In this document: positions 1-9,109 of the stretch, piece by piece | Position numbering within the stretch: position 1 is the stretch's first letter | Layout: the number at the start of each line of letters is the position of its first letter | Origin: Pseudomonadota bacterium | GTDB lineage: Bacteria; Myxococcota; JACRCW01; JAFGSX01 | Length of the DNA stretch: 64,000 nt | Direction: 5' to 3' | Assembly (NCBI GenBank): GCA_043821645.1 | Contig: JBDRCO010000046.1 | Coordinates: 32,001-96,000, forward strand | The notes under the pieces: model-generated | The model's database searches: none | The model's input: only the letters and a program-made list of their open reading frames with translations | What the model was told of the DNA's origin: nothing | Translations under genes and position numbers: made by a program

Positions 1-2
1 CG

Positions 3-1547
3 CTCACCGTCGACGCCAGCACCGTCGTCTACCGCCGCGACTACAGCGCCACCGCGCGCCAGCTCAACCGGGTCGCGCTGGCCACGCCGGGGGTCGAGGT
101 CAAGATCAACGGCGATGGCACGGCCAATGGCGCCCAGGTGTACCGGGCCGCGCTGGCCAACGCGGGGCAGACCGTGATCTTCGCGGCCGTCAACGACAAC
201 AACAGCCAGACCCAGCTGTACGCGGTCGAACCGGACGCGCCCGGCGTGGTCCAGCGGCTGTTCCCGTGGGATCCGGATCCGGCGGTGCTCACCACCTGGT
301 CCTTCGAGGTCCTGCCGGCCACCAACCAGCTGCTGTACCGCGGCTACCAGGATGGCGCCTGGCTCCTGTTCCAGACCCCGCTGGACACCCTCGGACCGCC
401 GGTTCAGGTCGACCTCGCGCCGGCCACGGCCGTGTTCGAGCTGCTGGCCACCTCCCCCAGCGGCGAGCACGTGCTGTTCCACGGCGTCAGCGGGAGCACC
501 AGGCACCTGTACCTCAAGAGCCTGACCCGCAACGAGCCAGCGGTCGAGCTCAGCGCCGCGACGGTGGCCTCCTCGTACACACATCAGTTCTCGCCCTCGG
601 GGCGCTACGTCGCCTTCGTCGCCAGCGGCAGCCCGGCCCGCGCCTTCCTCGCCGACACCGCGGACCTGGCCAGCGGCGCGGTCGCCCTCACCCCAGCCGC
701 GCTGCCGGACCACCTGCCCCTCTCCATCGAGAACGGTACCCCGGTGTCGACCCAGGGGAGCCGCCAGGTCGTGTTCTCGCCGGACGAGGCCTGGGTGTAC
801 CTCGCCTACGACGAGACCTACGCCGCGCACTTGAAGATCGTGCGCAAGCCACTGCCCGCGCTCGACGTCGAGACGGTGGTGAACGGGCCTGTCGTCGACG
901 GGGACGCGATCGCCACCTGGGCGCTGAGCGGCGACGGTGGCCACGTCGTCTACCAAAAGCGCAGCTTCGATGGTCAGACCAGCACGGCGGACCGGCTCTA
1001 CGTCGTCGACGTGGACGCCAGCGTGGGCAGCGAGCGCTTGCTGGGCCCGGCCTTCCCGCATGGCTCGCCGGGCGTCCAGAGCTACCAGCTGCTGGGTGGC
1101 TTCGTGGCAATGCGCGCCACCGACGCCCCTCCCAGCGGGACCAACCTGCACCTCGCGGCTCTGGACGGCGCGACCCCGGCGTGGACCGTCAACGCCGCGC
1201 TGACCAGCGAGAACTATCTGGCGTTCCTGGGGGTCTCCACCATCGGCGCCGCCACCTACGTGGCCTACACCGCGCAGCAAGACGGGGACGCGGCAGCGCG
1301 TGTCTACATCGCGCGCCATGATGGCGAACAGGTGCGGCGGGTCGCCGTCAGCCCGGGTTCACCGGACAGCCCGCACGCCGCGGTCTCGGCCGACGGGCGC
1401 TGGCTGTGGTCGGTGCACGCCGCGGCTGGCATCAGCGATGGCCTGCATGTCACGGCGCTGTCCGATCCGGCGGCGGCGCGTCTGCGCATCGGCGGCGTGC
1501 CCATCGCCAGCGGCATGGCCGACCTGCCATCGGCCAGCCTGCCCTGA
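3..1547 (+). CDS. TolB/PD40-like beta-propeller protein (5'-partial)
   Basis: Frame of ORF 138..1547 is open back to base 3; repeated blade motifs FSPSGRYVAF, FSPDEAWVYL, LSGDGGHVVY, VSADGRWLW. Confidence 0.7.
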   Translation, partial: LTVDASTVVYRRDYSATARQLNRVALATPGVEVKINGDGTANGAQVYRAALANAGQTVIFAAVNDNNSQTQLYAVEPDAPGVVQRLFPWDPDPAVLTTWSFEVLPATNQLLYRGYQDGAWLLFQTPLDTLGPPVQVDLAPATAVFELLATSPSGEHVLFHGVSGSTRHLYLKSLTRNEPAVELSAATVASSYTHQFSPSGRYVAFVASGSPARAFLADTADLASGAVALTPAALPDHLPLSIENGTPVSTQGSRQVVFSPDEAWVYLAYDETYAAHLKIVRKPLPALDVETVVNGPVVDGDAIATWALSGDGGHVVYQKRSFDGQTSTADRLYVVDVDASVGSERLLGPAFPHGSPGVQSYQLLGGFVAMRATDAPPSGTNLHLAALDGATPAWTVNAALTSENYLAFLGVSTIGAATYVAYTAQQDGDAAARVYIARHDGEQVRRVAVSPGSPDSPHAAVSADGRWLWSVHAAAGISDGLHVTALSDPAAARLRIGGVPIASGMADLPSASLP

Positions 1548-1590
1548 GCCGGGTGGCGTAGGTCGCCGTGCCCGGGCTGCGGGGTTCGAC

Positions 1591-2100
1591 TCAGCGGGAG
1601 TCGTCGCCGGGTGGGGTGTAGCGGACCTCGACGATGGTGAACAGGGTCTCGCCCTTGGGCCGCTTCACCTTGACCTCGTCGCCCTCTTCCTTGCGCAGCA
1701 GGGCGCGCGCCATGGGCGAGTTCATGCTGATGTAGCCGCGGTCGGCGTCGCTCTCGTCCGGGCCGACGATGCGGTAGGTGGCCTCGTTGCCGTCCTCGTC
1801 CTCGAGCGAGACCCAGGCGCCGAAGAAGACCCTGTCCTGCTGCCGGGGCACCTCGGTGACGACGGTGAGCTGGTCCAGGCGCTTGCTCAGCCAGCCCAGG
1901 CGGCGGTCGATCTCGCGCAGGCGTTTTTTGCCGTAGATGTACTCGGCGTTCTCGGAGCGATCGCCCTGGGCCGCGGCCTCGCCGACCTCGCGCGTGACCT
2001 TGGGGCGCTCGACTTTCCACAGGTACTCGGCCTCGCGCGCCAGCCTCTGGTGCCCCTCGGGGGTGATGTAGACGGTGCTCTTTTCGTCCAAGGGACTCAC
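1591..2100 (-). CDS. greB: Transcription elongation factor GreB
   Basis: [55 protein letters not shown] start overlaps murA stop (GTGA). Confidence 0.93.
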   Translation of the reverse strand: MSPLDEKSTVYITPEGHQRLAREAEYLWKVERPKVTREVGEAAAQGDRSENAEYIYGKKRLREIDRRLGWLSKRLDQLTVVTEVPRQQDRVFFGAWVSLEDEDGNEATYRIVGPDESDADRGYISMNSPMARALLRKEEGDEVKVKRPKGETLFTIVEVRYTPPGDDSR

Positions 2101-3386
2101 GCTTCGTCGGAGATGCGCTCGATGCGCGCGCCCAGTCCCACCAGGCGTTGCTCGATGGCTTCGTAGCCGCGGTCGATCTGCTCGACGTTGAGGATGCGGC
2201 TCTGGCCCTTGGCGGCGAGGGCGGCGATGAGCAGCGCCATGCCGGCGCGGATGTCGGGACTCGACAGGGTGGCTGCGGAGAGCGGTGACGGGCCAACCAC
2301 TACCGCGCGGTGTGGATCGCACAGCACGATGCGCGCACCCATCGAGATCAGCCTGTCGACGAAGAACAGGCGGCTTTCGAACAATTTTTCGTGGATGAGC
2401 ACGGTGCCGCTGGCCTGGGTCGCGGTGACCAGGGCGATGGACGTCAGATCCGCTGGAAAACCCGGCCACGGTGCGTCGTCGATCTTGGGGATGGCGCCAC
2501 CGAGGTCGGCCTGCACCTCCAGACGCTGGCCGCCGGGCACCAGCAGATCCTCTCCCTCGCGCACGGTTCGCACACCCAAGCGTCTGAAATCCATGAGTAT
2601 TTTACGCAGGTCCGTGCCGCCCACGCCGCGGATACGCAACTCACCGCCGGTGACTGCGGCCAGGCCCATGAAGGAGCCGATCTCGATGTGATCGGGACCG
2701 ATGCGGTGCTCGACCTCGCCGTGCAGCGCGCCACCTTGCACCCGCAGCACGTTGCTGCCCACGCCGTCGATGCGTGCGCCCATGGCCTGCAGCAGGTGAC
2801 ACAGACCCTGCACGTGGGGCTCGCAGGCCGCGTTGTAGATGATGGTCTCGCCCTCGGCGGCAGCCGCGGCCATGACCGCGTTCTCGGTCGCCATGACGCT
2901 GGCCTCGTCGAGGAAGATCTCGGCGCCCTTGAGCGGGCCGCGCACGCTGAGCACGTACTCGGCACCCACCTCGATGGTGGCACCGAGAGCGGACAGGGCG
3001 AGCAGGTGCGTGTCGACGCGGCGGCGTCCGATGCGATCGCCCCCCGGGCGCGGCAGGCGGATGTGACCGCGACGTGCCAGCAGCGGCGCTGCCAGCAGGA
3101 AGCTGGCGCGGATGCGTGCGCAGAGCTCGGGGTCGGGCTCCTGATCGCCGAGGCTTCGCGGGTCGATGCGGACCGTGTGGGGGTCGAGCCAGTCGACGTG
3201 CGCACCGAGCTTCTCGACGATGCTGATCTGCCAGCGCACATCGCCGATGCGAGGCAGGTTGCGCAGGGTGACCGGGCCCGAGGCGAGCAGGGTGGCGGCC
3301 ACCGCGGGCAAGGCCTCGTTCTTGTTGCCTGCGGGCACCACGGTGCCCTGGATGGGCGCGCCGCCCTCGACCACGAATTCGATCAC
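2097..3386 (-). CDS. murA: UDP-N-acetylglucosamine 1-carboxyvinyltransferase (Asp-type active-site loop)
   Basis: [66 protein letters not shown] before GTG at 3386. Confidence 0.95.
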   Translation of the reverse strand: MIEFVVEGGAPIQGTVVPAGNKNEALPAVAATLLASGPVTLRNLPRIGDVRWQISIVEKLGAHVDWLDPHTVRIDPRSLGDQEPDPELCARIRASFLLAAPLLARRGHIRLPRPGGDRIGRRRVDTHLLALSALGATIEVGAEYVLSVRGPLKGAEIFLDEASVMATENAVMAAAAAEGETIIYNAACEPHVQGLCHLLQAMGARIDGVGSNVLRVQGGALHGEVEHRIGPDHIEIGSFMGLAAVTGGELRIRGVGGTDLRKILMDFRRLGVRTVREGEDLLVPGGQRLEVQADLGGAIPKIDDAPWPGFPADLTSIALVTATQASGTVLIHEKLFESRLFFVDRLISMGARIVLCDPHRAVVVGPSPLSAATLSSPDIRAGMALLIAALAAKGQSRILNVEQIDRGYEAIEQRLVGLGARIERISDEA

Positions 3387-3632
3387 GCTGTTGCTCCTTG
3401 CGTCAGGGCCGCTCCGTCGACGGCGAGCCGAACGTTTGCGCGTGCTGTGCACTGTAGCCAACCTGCGCCAGCGTGTCATCTAGGGGTCGCCGACTCGACC
3501 GGGCCAGCGGCCGGTCCCTGCCGGTCCTGCTCAGGGTCTTTTTCCTGGCGCGATCCTCTTCCCCTCGTCGTTGCGGCGGAGTAGCGTGCCCCCGCTTTTG
3601 TCGTCGCTGCGGCGGCGGCACGGAGAGCGAGA

Positions 3633-5594
3633 ATGTCCATGGACTACGCGCAGGTCGGTCTCAAGGTCGGGCTCGAGGTGCACCAGCAGCTGCTCACCGA
3701 GCGCAAGCTGTTTTGCCGCTGCCCGGCCGGACGCTACACCCGCACCCACGACGGCGAGGTGCTGCGCCACATGCGGCCCACCCTGAGCGAGCTGGGCAGC
3801 TACGACGGCACCGCGCTCATGGAGTTCAAGACCAAGAAGAACATCATCTACCTGCTGCACAAGGACAACGTCTGCACCTACGAGATGGACGACACGCCGC
3901 CCTTTCTGGTCAACCAGCAGGCCATCGACATCGCCATCGAGCAGTGCCTGATGCTGGGCTGCGACATCGTCGACGAGGTGCACATCGCCCGCAAGCAGTA
4001 CCTCGACGGCAGCATCCCCACCGGCTTCCAGCGCACCGCCATCGTCGGCGTCAACGGACGCTTGCCCTTCGCGGGTCGCGAGCTGTCCATCATCCAGGTC
4101 AGTGTCGAGGAGGACTCGTGTCGGGAGGTCGAGGATCGCGGCCACCTGATCGTGTGGCGCGCCGATCGCCTGGGCATGCCCCTCATCGAGACGGTGACCG
4201 GACCCGACCTGCGCACTCCTGACGAGGTGGCCGAGGCCATCCTGCTGGTGGGCCGGGTGTGCCGCTCCACCGGCCACGTGCGTGTGGGCCTGGGCGCCAG
4301 CCGCCAGGACGTCAATGTCTCCGTGACCGGCGGCACCCGCGTCGAGATCAAGGGTGTACCCAAGGCCTCGTGGGCACCACGGCTGGTGCACTGCGAGGCG
4401 GTGCGCCAGGTCAACCTGCTGGGCCTGCGCGATGAACTCGCGCAGCGTGGATTCAAGACCGAGGCCGACCTGCAGCTGCGCTCGGTGGACATCACCCAGC
4501 TCGTCGACGCCAGCGAGCTGACCATGCTGCATCGCGAGGAATGGGAACGCTGGGTCGAGACCAGCGGTCGGCGCGCCGGCTTCGAGCTGGGCCGGGGCGA
4601 CTACTGCGTGCGCGCGGTGCGCCTGGTTGGCCTGCAAGGCACCCTGAGCTGGCCCACCCAGCCCGACCGGACCTTTGCCAGCGAGCTGGCCGGGCGCATT
4701 CGCGTCATCGCGGGTCTCGACCAGCAGCCCGTGCTCATGCACAGCGAGAAGTGGCCCGAGCACCACGGCTCGGTCCGCCTGCTCAAGGAGATCCGGCGCC
4801 GCCTGCGCTGCGGTCCCCAGGACAGCATCGTGGTGGTGTGGGGACCCCACGACGACACCCTGAGCGCGGTCGAGGAGATTCGCCTGCGCTACATCGACGC
4901 CCTGGCCGGTGTGCCTGCCGAGACGCGTCAGCCCTTCGTCGACGGCAGCACGGACTTCGAGCGCATCCTGCCCGGCCCCGATCGCATGTACCCGGACACC
5001 GATAGCCCACCCACCCGGGTGCTGCGCGAGCGGGTCGAGGGTCTGCAGCGCGGTTTGCCCGAGCCTCCCTGGACGCGCGAGCAGCGCTACAGCGAGGCCA
5101 GGCTGCCGCTCCCCGTGCTGCGCTTTTTGATCCGGCGTGGGGGCGCGGCGCTGGTCGACGAGGTGGTGCGCGTCACCGGCGCGGACCTGCGCTGTGCGGG
5201 GCTGTTCTTCGGCGCCCAGCTCAAGGGGCTCGGGCGCAGCGGTGTCGACATCCCCAAGATACCGGTGGGGCGCTGGTGTGAGCTGTTCACCGCTTTTGCG
5301 GCGCAGCCCGTGCTGTGGCAGGCCTGGCAGCCCATGGTAAGGGCCCTGGCGGCCTTCACGGATGCCAGCGTCGACGATCTCATCGCGCGCCAGGGCCTGG
5401 GCACGGCACCCGAGGACTGGCACCAGCATGTTCAGCGAGGCGTCAAGCAGGCGCGGATCGAGAGCTACGATCCGGGTGATCGCGGCCGACTGCACCGCCT
5501 GGCCCTGGGGCGCTGCATGGATCTGCTGCGCGGGCGCGTCGACGCTCGCGAGGTGAGCGAGGCCGTGAAGGCCGCGATCGAGGTGAGCGCATGA
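3633..5594 (+). CDS. gatE: Glu-tRNA(Gln) amidotransferase subunit E (archaeal-type)
   Basis: MDY..GLKVGLEVHQQL..KLFCRCP, DGSIPTGFQRT, EEDSCR, DRLGMPLIE, RQDVNVSV..RVEIKGV, GatE-type insertion (QPDRTFASELA, LMHSEKWP), GVPAETR..LPGPDRMYPDTD; 653 aa, longer than GatB. Confidence 0.93.
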   Translation: MSMDYAQVGLKVGLEVHQQLLTERKLFCRCPAGRYTRTHDGEVLRHMRPTLSELGSYDGTALMEFKTKKNIIYLLHKDNVCTYEMDDTPPFLVNQQAIDIAIEQCLMLGCDIVDEVHIARKQYLDGSIPTGFQRTAIVGVNGRLPFAGRELSIIQVSVEEDSCREVEDRGHLIVWRADRLGMPLIETVTGPDLRTPDEVAEAILLVGRVCRSTGHVRVGLGASRQDVNVSVTGGTRVEIKGVPKASWAPRLVHCEAVRQVNLLGLRDELAQRGFKTEADLQLRSVDITQLVDASELTMLHREEWERWVETSGRRAGFELGRGDYCVRAVRLVGLQGTLSWPTQPDRTFASELAGRIRVIAGLDQQPVLMHSEKWPEHHGSVRLLKEIRRRLRCGPQDSIVVVWGPHDDTLSAVEEIRLRYIDALAGVPAETRQPFVDGSTDFERILPGPDRMYPDTDSPPTRVLRERVEGLQRGLPEPPWTREQRYSEARLPLPVLRFLIRRGGAALVDEVVRVTGADLRCAGLFFGAQLKGLGRSGVDIPKIPVGRWCELFTAFAAQPVLWQAWQPMVRALAAFTDASVDDLIARQGLGTAPEDWHQHVQRGVKQARIESYDPGDRGRLHRLALGRCMDLLRGRVDAREVSEAVKAAIEVSA

Positions 5595-6985
5595 CGACCG
5601 CCGATGCACTGAAGGGGTACCGGGGTCGGGCCCGGGAGCGCTTGACCGAGCTGGGCGTGCGCGTGTGGAGCGATGTGCAGCTCACCAACGACGCGGGCAG
5701 CGTGTTCGAGGGCGTGATCCTGCCGCGCAGCGTGACCTTCGACGACCTGCACGTCGTGCTCAAGCTGAAGACAGGCTACAACGTGGGCGTTCACGTCGAC
5801 CGCATCACCAAGGTGACCGAGGTCGGATACAAGGAAGCCCACTACAAGATTCCCGAGCAGGAGTTCCCCAGGCGCGACAACCTGCCCAGCGTGACGCTGC
5901 TCGGCACCGGCGGCACCATCGCCTCGCGCCTGGACTACCGCACCGGCGCGGTGATCCCGGCCTTCACACCGGGTGAGCTGTATGGCGCCGTGCCCGAGCT
6001 GGCCGACATCTGCAACCTGACCACCAAGAAGCTGTTCGGGGTCTTTTCCGAGAACATGGCGCGCGAGGAGTACATCACCCTGGCGCAGGCCATCGGCGAC
6101 GAGATCGCGGCCGGCGCCGACGGCATCGTCATCGGCCACGGCACCGACACCATGGGTCATACCGCGGCCATCTTGTCCTTCATGGTGCAGGAGCCGCCGG
6201 TCCCCATCGTCATGGTGGGCAGCCAGCGCTCCAGCGACCGGCCATCGTCGGACGCGGCGCTCAACCTGATCCACGCGGTCAACACCGCGGCCTACAGCGA
6301 CATCGCCGAGGTCATGATCAGCATGTTCGGTCCGACCTCGGACCGCTACGGCCTGCTGCATTGCGGTACGCGCTGCCGCAAGATGCACAGCTCGTATCGC
6401 TCGACCTTCCGCACCGTCGGCGACATCCCTCTGGCCACCGTCAGCCGCGATGGCTTCACACCCATCACCGAGATCTACCGCCACCGCGACAAGACGCGGC
6501 GGGTGAAGATCGACGCGGTGTACGACGACCGCACCACCATTCTCTATTACTACCCGGGCATGCACCCCGACCTCGTCGACGGCCTGGTCGAGAAGGGCTA
6601 TCGCGGCATCGTCATCGCCGGCACGGGTCTGGGCCACATCAACAAGCCCCTGTACCCAGCCATCAAGCGCGCGGTGGACGCCGGTGTGCACGTCGTCATG
6701 ACCGTGCAGACCCTGTGGGGCTACGCCCAGATGTACGTGTACGAGACCGGCCGCGAGCTGCTGAACCTGGGCATCGTGCCCCTGGACAACATGCTCCCCG
6801 AGACCGCGCTGATGAAGCTGAGCTGGGTGCTCGGGCACGAGGGCCTGTCGCGCGACGAGGTCGTGCGCATGATGCAGACCTCGATCAACCGCGAGATCAC
6901 GCCCCGCGAGCCACACAACGGCTACCTGATCATGCAGGGCGGCCTGCCCGAGATGGACGAGTACATCGCCACCCACTGGAAGTGA
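5591..6985 (+). CDS. gatD: Glu-tRNA(Gln) amidotransferase subunit D (archaeal-type glutaminase subunit)
   Basis: GatD N-terminal domain (EGVILPR..VLKLKTGYNVGV) plus asparaginase core GTGGTIASRLDYRTGAV, HGTDTM, SQRSSDRPSSDA, RKMHSS, GTGLGH, VYETGRELL; ATGA overlap with gatE. Confidence 0.94.
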   Translation: MTTADALKGYRGRARERLTELGVRVWSDVQLTNDAGSVFEGVILPRSVTFDDLHVVLKLKTGYNVGVHVDRITKVTEVGYKEAHYKIPEQEFPRRDNLPSVTLLGTGGTIASRLDYRTGAVIPAFTPGELYGAVPELADICNLTTKKLFGVFSENMAREEYITLAQAIGDEIAAGADGIVIGHGTDTMGHTAAILSFMVQEPPVPIVMVGSQRSSDRPSSDAALNLIHAVNTAAYSDIAEVMISMFGPTSDRYGLLHCGTRCRKMHSSYRSTFRTVGDIPLATVSRDGFTPITEIYRHRDKTRRVKIDAVYDDRTTILYYYPGMHPDLVDGLVEKGYRGIVIAGTGLGHINKPLYPAIKRAVDAGVHVVMTVQTLWGYAQMYVYETGRELLNLGIVPLDNMLPETALMKLSWVLGHEGLSRDEVVRMMQTSINREITPREPHNGYLIMQGGLPEMDEYIATHWK

Positions 6986-6994
6986 CCGGGAGAC

Positions 6995-7011
6995 CGCGAG
7001 GCTGCCTCGCG
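6995..7011. terminator. GC-rich hairpin between convergent gatD and hydrogenase large subunit gene
   Basis: CGCGAGG-CTG-CCTCGCG in a 27-nt gap between convergent stops; no U-tract. Confidence 0.35.
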
Positions 7012-7012
7012 A

Positions 7013-8290
7013 TCAGTGCACCGAGCAGCTGATGCAGGGATCGTAGGCCCGCACCAGCATCTCGCACAGCAGCGTGGCCTTGCTGTCGTCGACGCCCTGC
7101 CCGGCCAGCCAGGGTGCGAGTGCTTGCAGGTCGAGGTGGATGTTCTTGTTGTTCTGGGTGGTGGGGATCACGCAGTCGGCCTTCTGGATGCATCCTTCGC
7201 CGTCGATCTCGTAGCAATGGTAGAGGATGCCGCGCGGTACCTCGACCGCGCCCACGCCGCGGCCAGCGCGAGGCTGCACCGGCACCTGGATCTCGCCCCG
7301 GGGATTGGCCAGCACCTCGTCGATGAGGCGGATGGTGTCGTGGGTGACGTGCACGCACTCGACCAGCTGCGCCACGCTGTTCATGTAGGGGTTGTGGCAG
7401 ACCGGCTTGAGCCCAAGCACGGCCGCGGTTTGCCGCGCCTCGTCGTGCAGCAGCGCGAAGTTGTTGTTGATGCGTGCCAGGGCACCCACCCCGAAGCTCG
7501 GCCGTGACAGAGAACACCACTTGCTGGTGTTGTCGTCGGTGACCACCTCGTTGGTCATGGCCAGGTACTCGGGCTCCTGCTTGAGCACGCCGTCGCTGGA
7601 AACCAGGTCGCCGCCAATCCAGGGGAAGCTGGCCGTGCCCTTGAGCGACACCCACTCGGTCTCACGCACGAAGTCCGGGATCGCGAAGGTGCTGAACAGG
7701 CCCACCACCGTGGCCTCGAGATCGGCCAGCGAGCTTTCGAGCTGATCGCGCAGGCGCTTGAGGGTGTCGCCATCCGGGCGCCGGGCCACGCCTCCGGGAA
7801 CCAGCGACACGGGGTGGGTGGTGCGGCCTGCGATCACGTCGCACAGCTGGTTGGCCATGCCCTTGAGCTGGCGCGCCAGGTGAAACACCTCGGGGTTCTT
7901 CTCCTGGAGCGGGAGCGCCGAGGGCAAGCCCAGGAAGTCCGGCGCGGCCAGGAAGAACAGGTGCAGGTAGTGGCTCTGCAGGGTCTCGCCATGCTTGGCG
8001 AGCAGCCGCAGCGTGTCCGCCAGGGGTGGGGTCACGATTCCCATCGCGTGCTCGGTGGCGCGCAGGCTGCACAGCGCGTGCCCGATCGAACAGATGCCGC
8101 AGATGCGCGCGGTGAGCTGGGCCGCGCTCGAGAAGTGCTTGCCCCGCAGCATGACCTCGAAGTAGCGGGGGGTCTCGACCACCTCCCAGCGCGCCTCGAC
8201 CAGCTGTCCATCCCGGACCTGAACGTGGATGTTGCCGTGGCCCTCGACCCGAGCCAGGTGATGCACATCGACGTTGAGATCGACCTTCAT
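7013..8290 (-). CDS. hydA: [NiFe]-hydrogenase group 3b large (alpha) subunit
   Basis: ARVEGHG, L1 motif RICGICSIGH, EVPRGILYH, IPTTQN, L2 motif DPCISCSVH at the C-terminus; ATG at 8290 overlaps upstream stop. Confidence 0.93.
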   Translation of the reverse strand: MKVDLNVDVHHLARVEGHGNIHVQVRDGQLVEARWEVVETPRYFEVMLRGKHFSSAAQLTARICGICSIGHALCSLRATEHAMGIVTPPLADTLRLLAKHGETLQSHYLHLFFLAAPDFLGLPSALPLQEKNPEVFHLARQLKGMANQLCDVIAGRTTHPVSLVPGGVARRPDGDTLKRLRDQLESSLADLEATVVGLFSTFAIPDFVRETEWVSLKGTASFPWIGGDLVSSDGVLKQEPEYLAMTNEVVTDDNTSKWCSLSRPSFGVGALARINNNFALLHDEARQTAAVLGLKPVCHNPYMNSVAQLVECVHVTHDTIRLIDEVLANPRGEIQVPVQPRAGRGVGAVEVPRGILYHCYEIDGEGCIQKADCVIPTTQNNKNIHLDLQALAPWLAGQGVDDSKATLLCEMLVRAYDPCISCSVH

Positions 8291-9081
8291 GCGCTCACCT
8301 CGTGCTCGGGACTGCCCATCCTGGTGGCGGGTGGCTGCGCCGTGAAGCCGCCAAAGAACCCCAGACGCTCGCCAAGTTCCGTGGTGGAGAACCCCCTGTC
8401 CAGGGCGATGCGGCAGAACTCGTCGACGTTGGCTTCGTCGCTGGGGCCGCGGCAGCCCCAGCACGCCAGGCCGCCGGCGGGACAGGGCGCATCGCAGCCG
8501 CCGCGGGTGATCGGACCCAGGCACAGCTGACCGCGGTCGAAGGCGCAGGTCACGAAACGTTGCTTGCACTCGACGCAGACCGGGTGGCGCGGGAAGCGAA
8601 AGGGGACGCCCCACACCAGGTGCTGCACGATGCGCTCGACCTCGCGCTTGCTCACCGGGCAGCCCGGTATGGCGAGGTCCACCGCCACCACCTCGTGCAC
8701 CGCGCGCACGGTCGTCGTGGGTTTGGGGTGATCGCCGTACACGATGCGGTTGGCCTCGTCCAGGTCATAGGCGTTCTTCTGTCTGGCCACCCCGCCGAAG
8801 CAGGCACAGGCGCCCAGGGCCACCAGGGTCTTGGCGCGCGCGCGCACCCGGGTGAGGCGTTCCACCTCGTCCGCGCGGGTGATGGCGCCCTCGATGAGCG
8901 CCACGTCGTAATCGTCACCGTGGGCCGAGCTCACCTCGCGAAAGTCCACCACCTCGATGAGGTCGAGGAAGTGGTGCAGGCTGTCCTCCTTGTTGGCCAG
9001 CTGCAGCTCGCAACCCTCGCAGGAGGTGAAGTCGAACACCGCGATCTTGATCTTGTTGGGCGTGATCCCCAGGTAGCGCAT
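8287..9081 (-). CDS. hydD: [NiFe]-hydrogenase group 3b small (delta) subunit
   Basis: FTSCEGC, IEGAI, GACACFGG, IPGCP, CVEC..CLGPITRGGCDAPCP..CWGCRGP; no Tat signal. Confidence 0.92.
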   Translation of the reverse strand: MRYLGITPNKIKIAVFDFTSCEGCELQLANKEDSLHHFLDLIEVVDFREVSSAHGDDYDVALIEGAITRADEVERLTRVRARAKTLVALGACACFGGVARQKNAYDLDEANRIVYGDHPKPTTTVRAVHEVVAVDLAIPGCPVSKREVERIVQHLVWGVPFRFPRHPVCVECKQRFVTCAFDRGQLCLGPITRGGCDAPCPAGGLACWGCRGPSDEANVDEFCRIALDRGFSTTELGERLGFFGGFTAQPPATRMGSPEHEVSA

Positions 9082-9109
9082 GCCTGAACCTCGTCGAGAG
9101 ACGGTGCTA

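Noticed and set aside
3387-3632. T-box or riboswitch leader upstream of gatE
   Set aside because: No GGTGGNACCGCG T-box motif or recognisable aptamer
3633-5594. Ordinary bacterial gatB
   Set aside because: Too long, carries the GatE insertion and motifs, and pairs with gatD rather than gatC/gatA
5591-6985. Plain type I L-asparaginase (ansA)
   Set aside because: Has the ~90-aa GatD N-terminal domain and GatD-specific motifs, and is coupled to gatE
7013-9081. [NiFeSe] hydrogenase, given selB
   Set aside because: All ligand positions are Cys codons; the TGA follows the terminal His and is not at a Cys position
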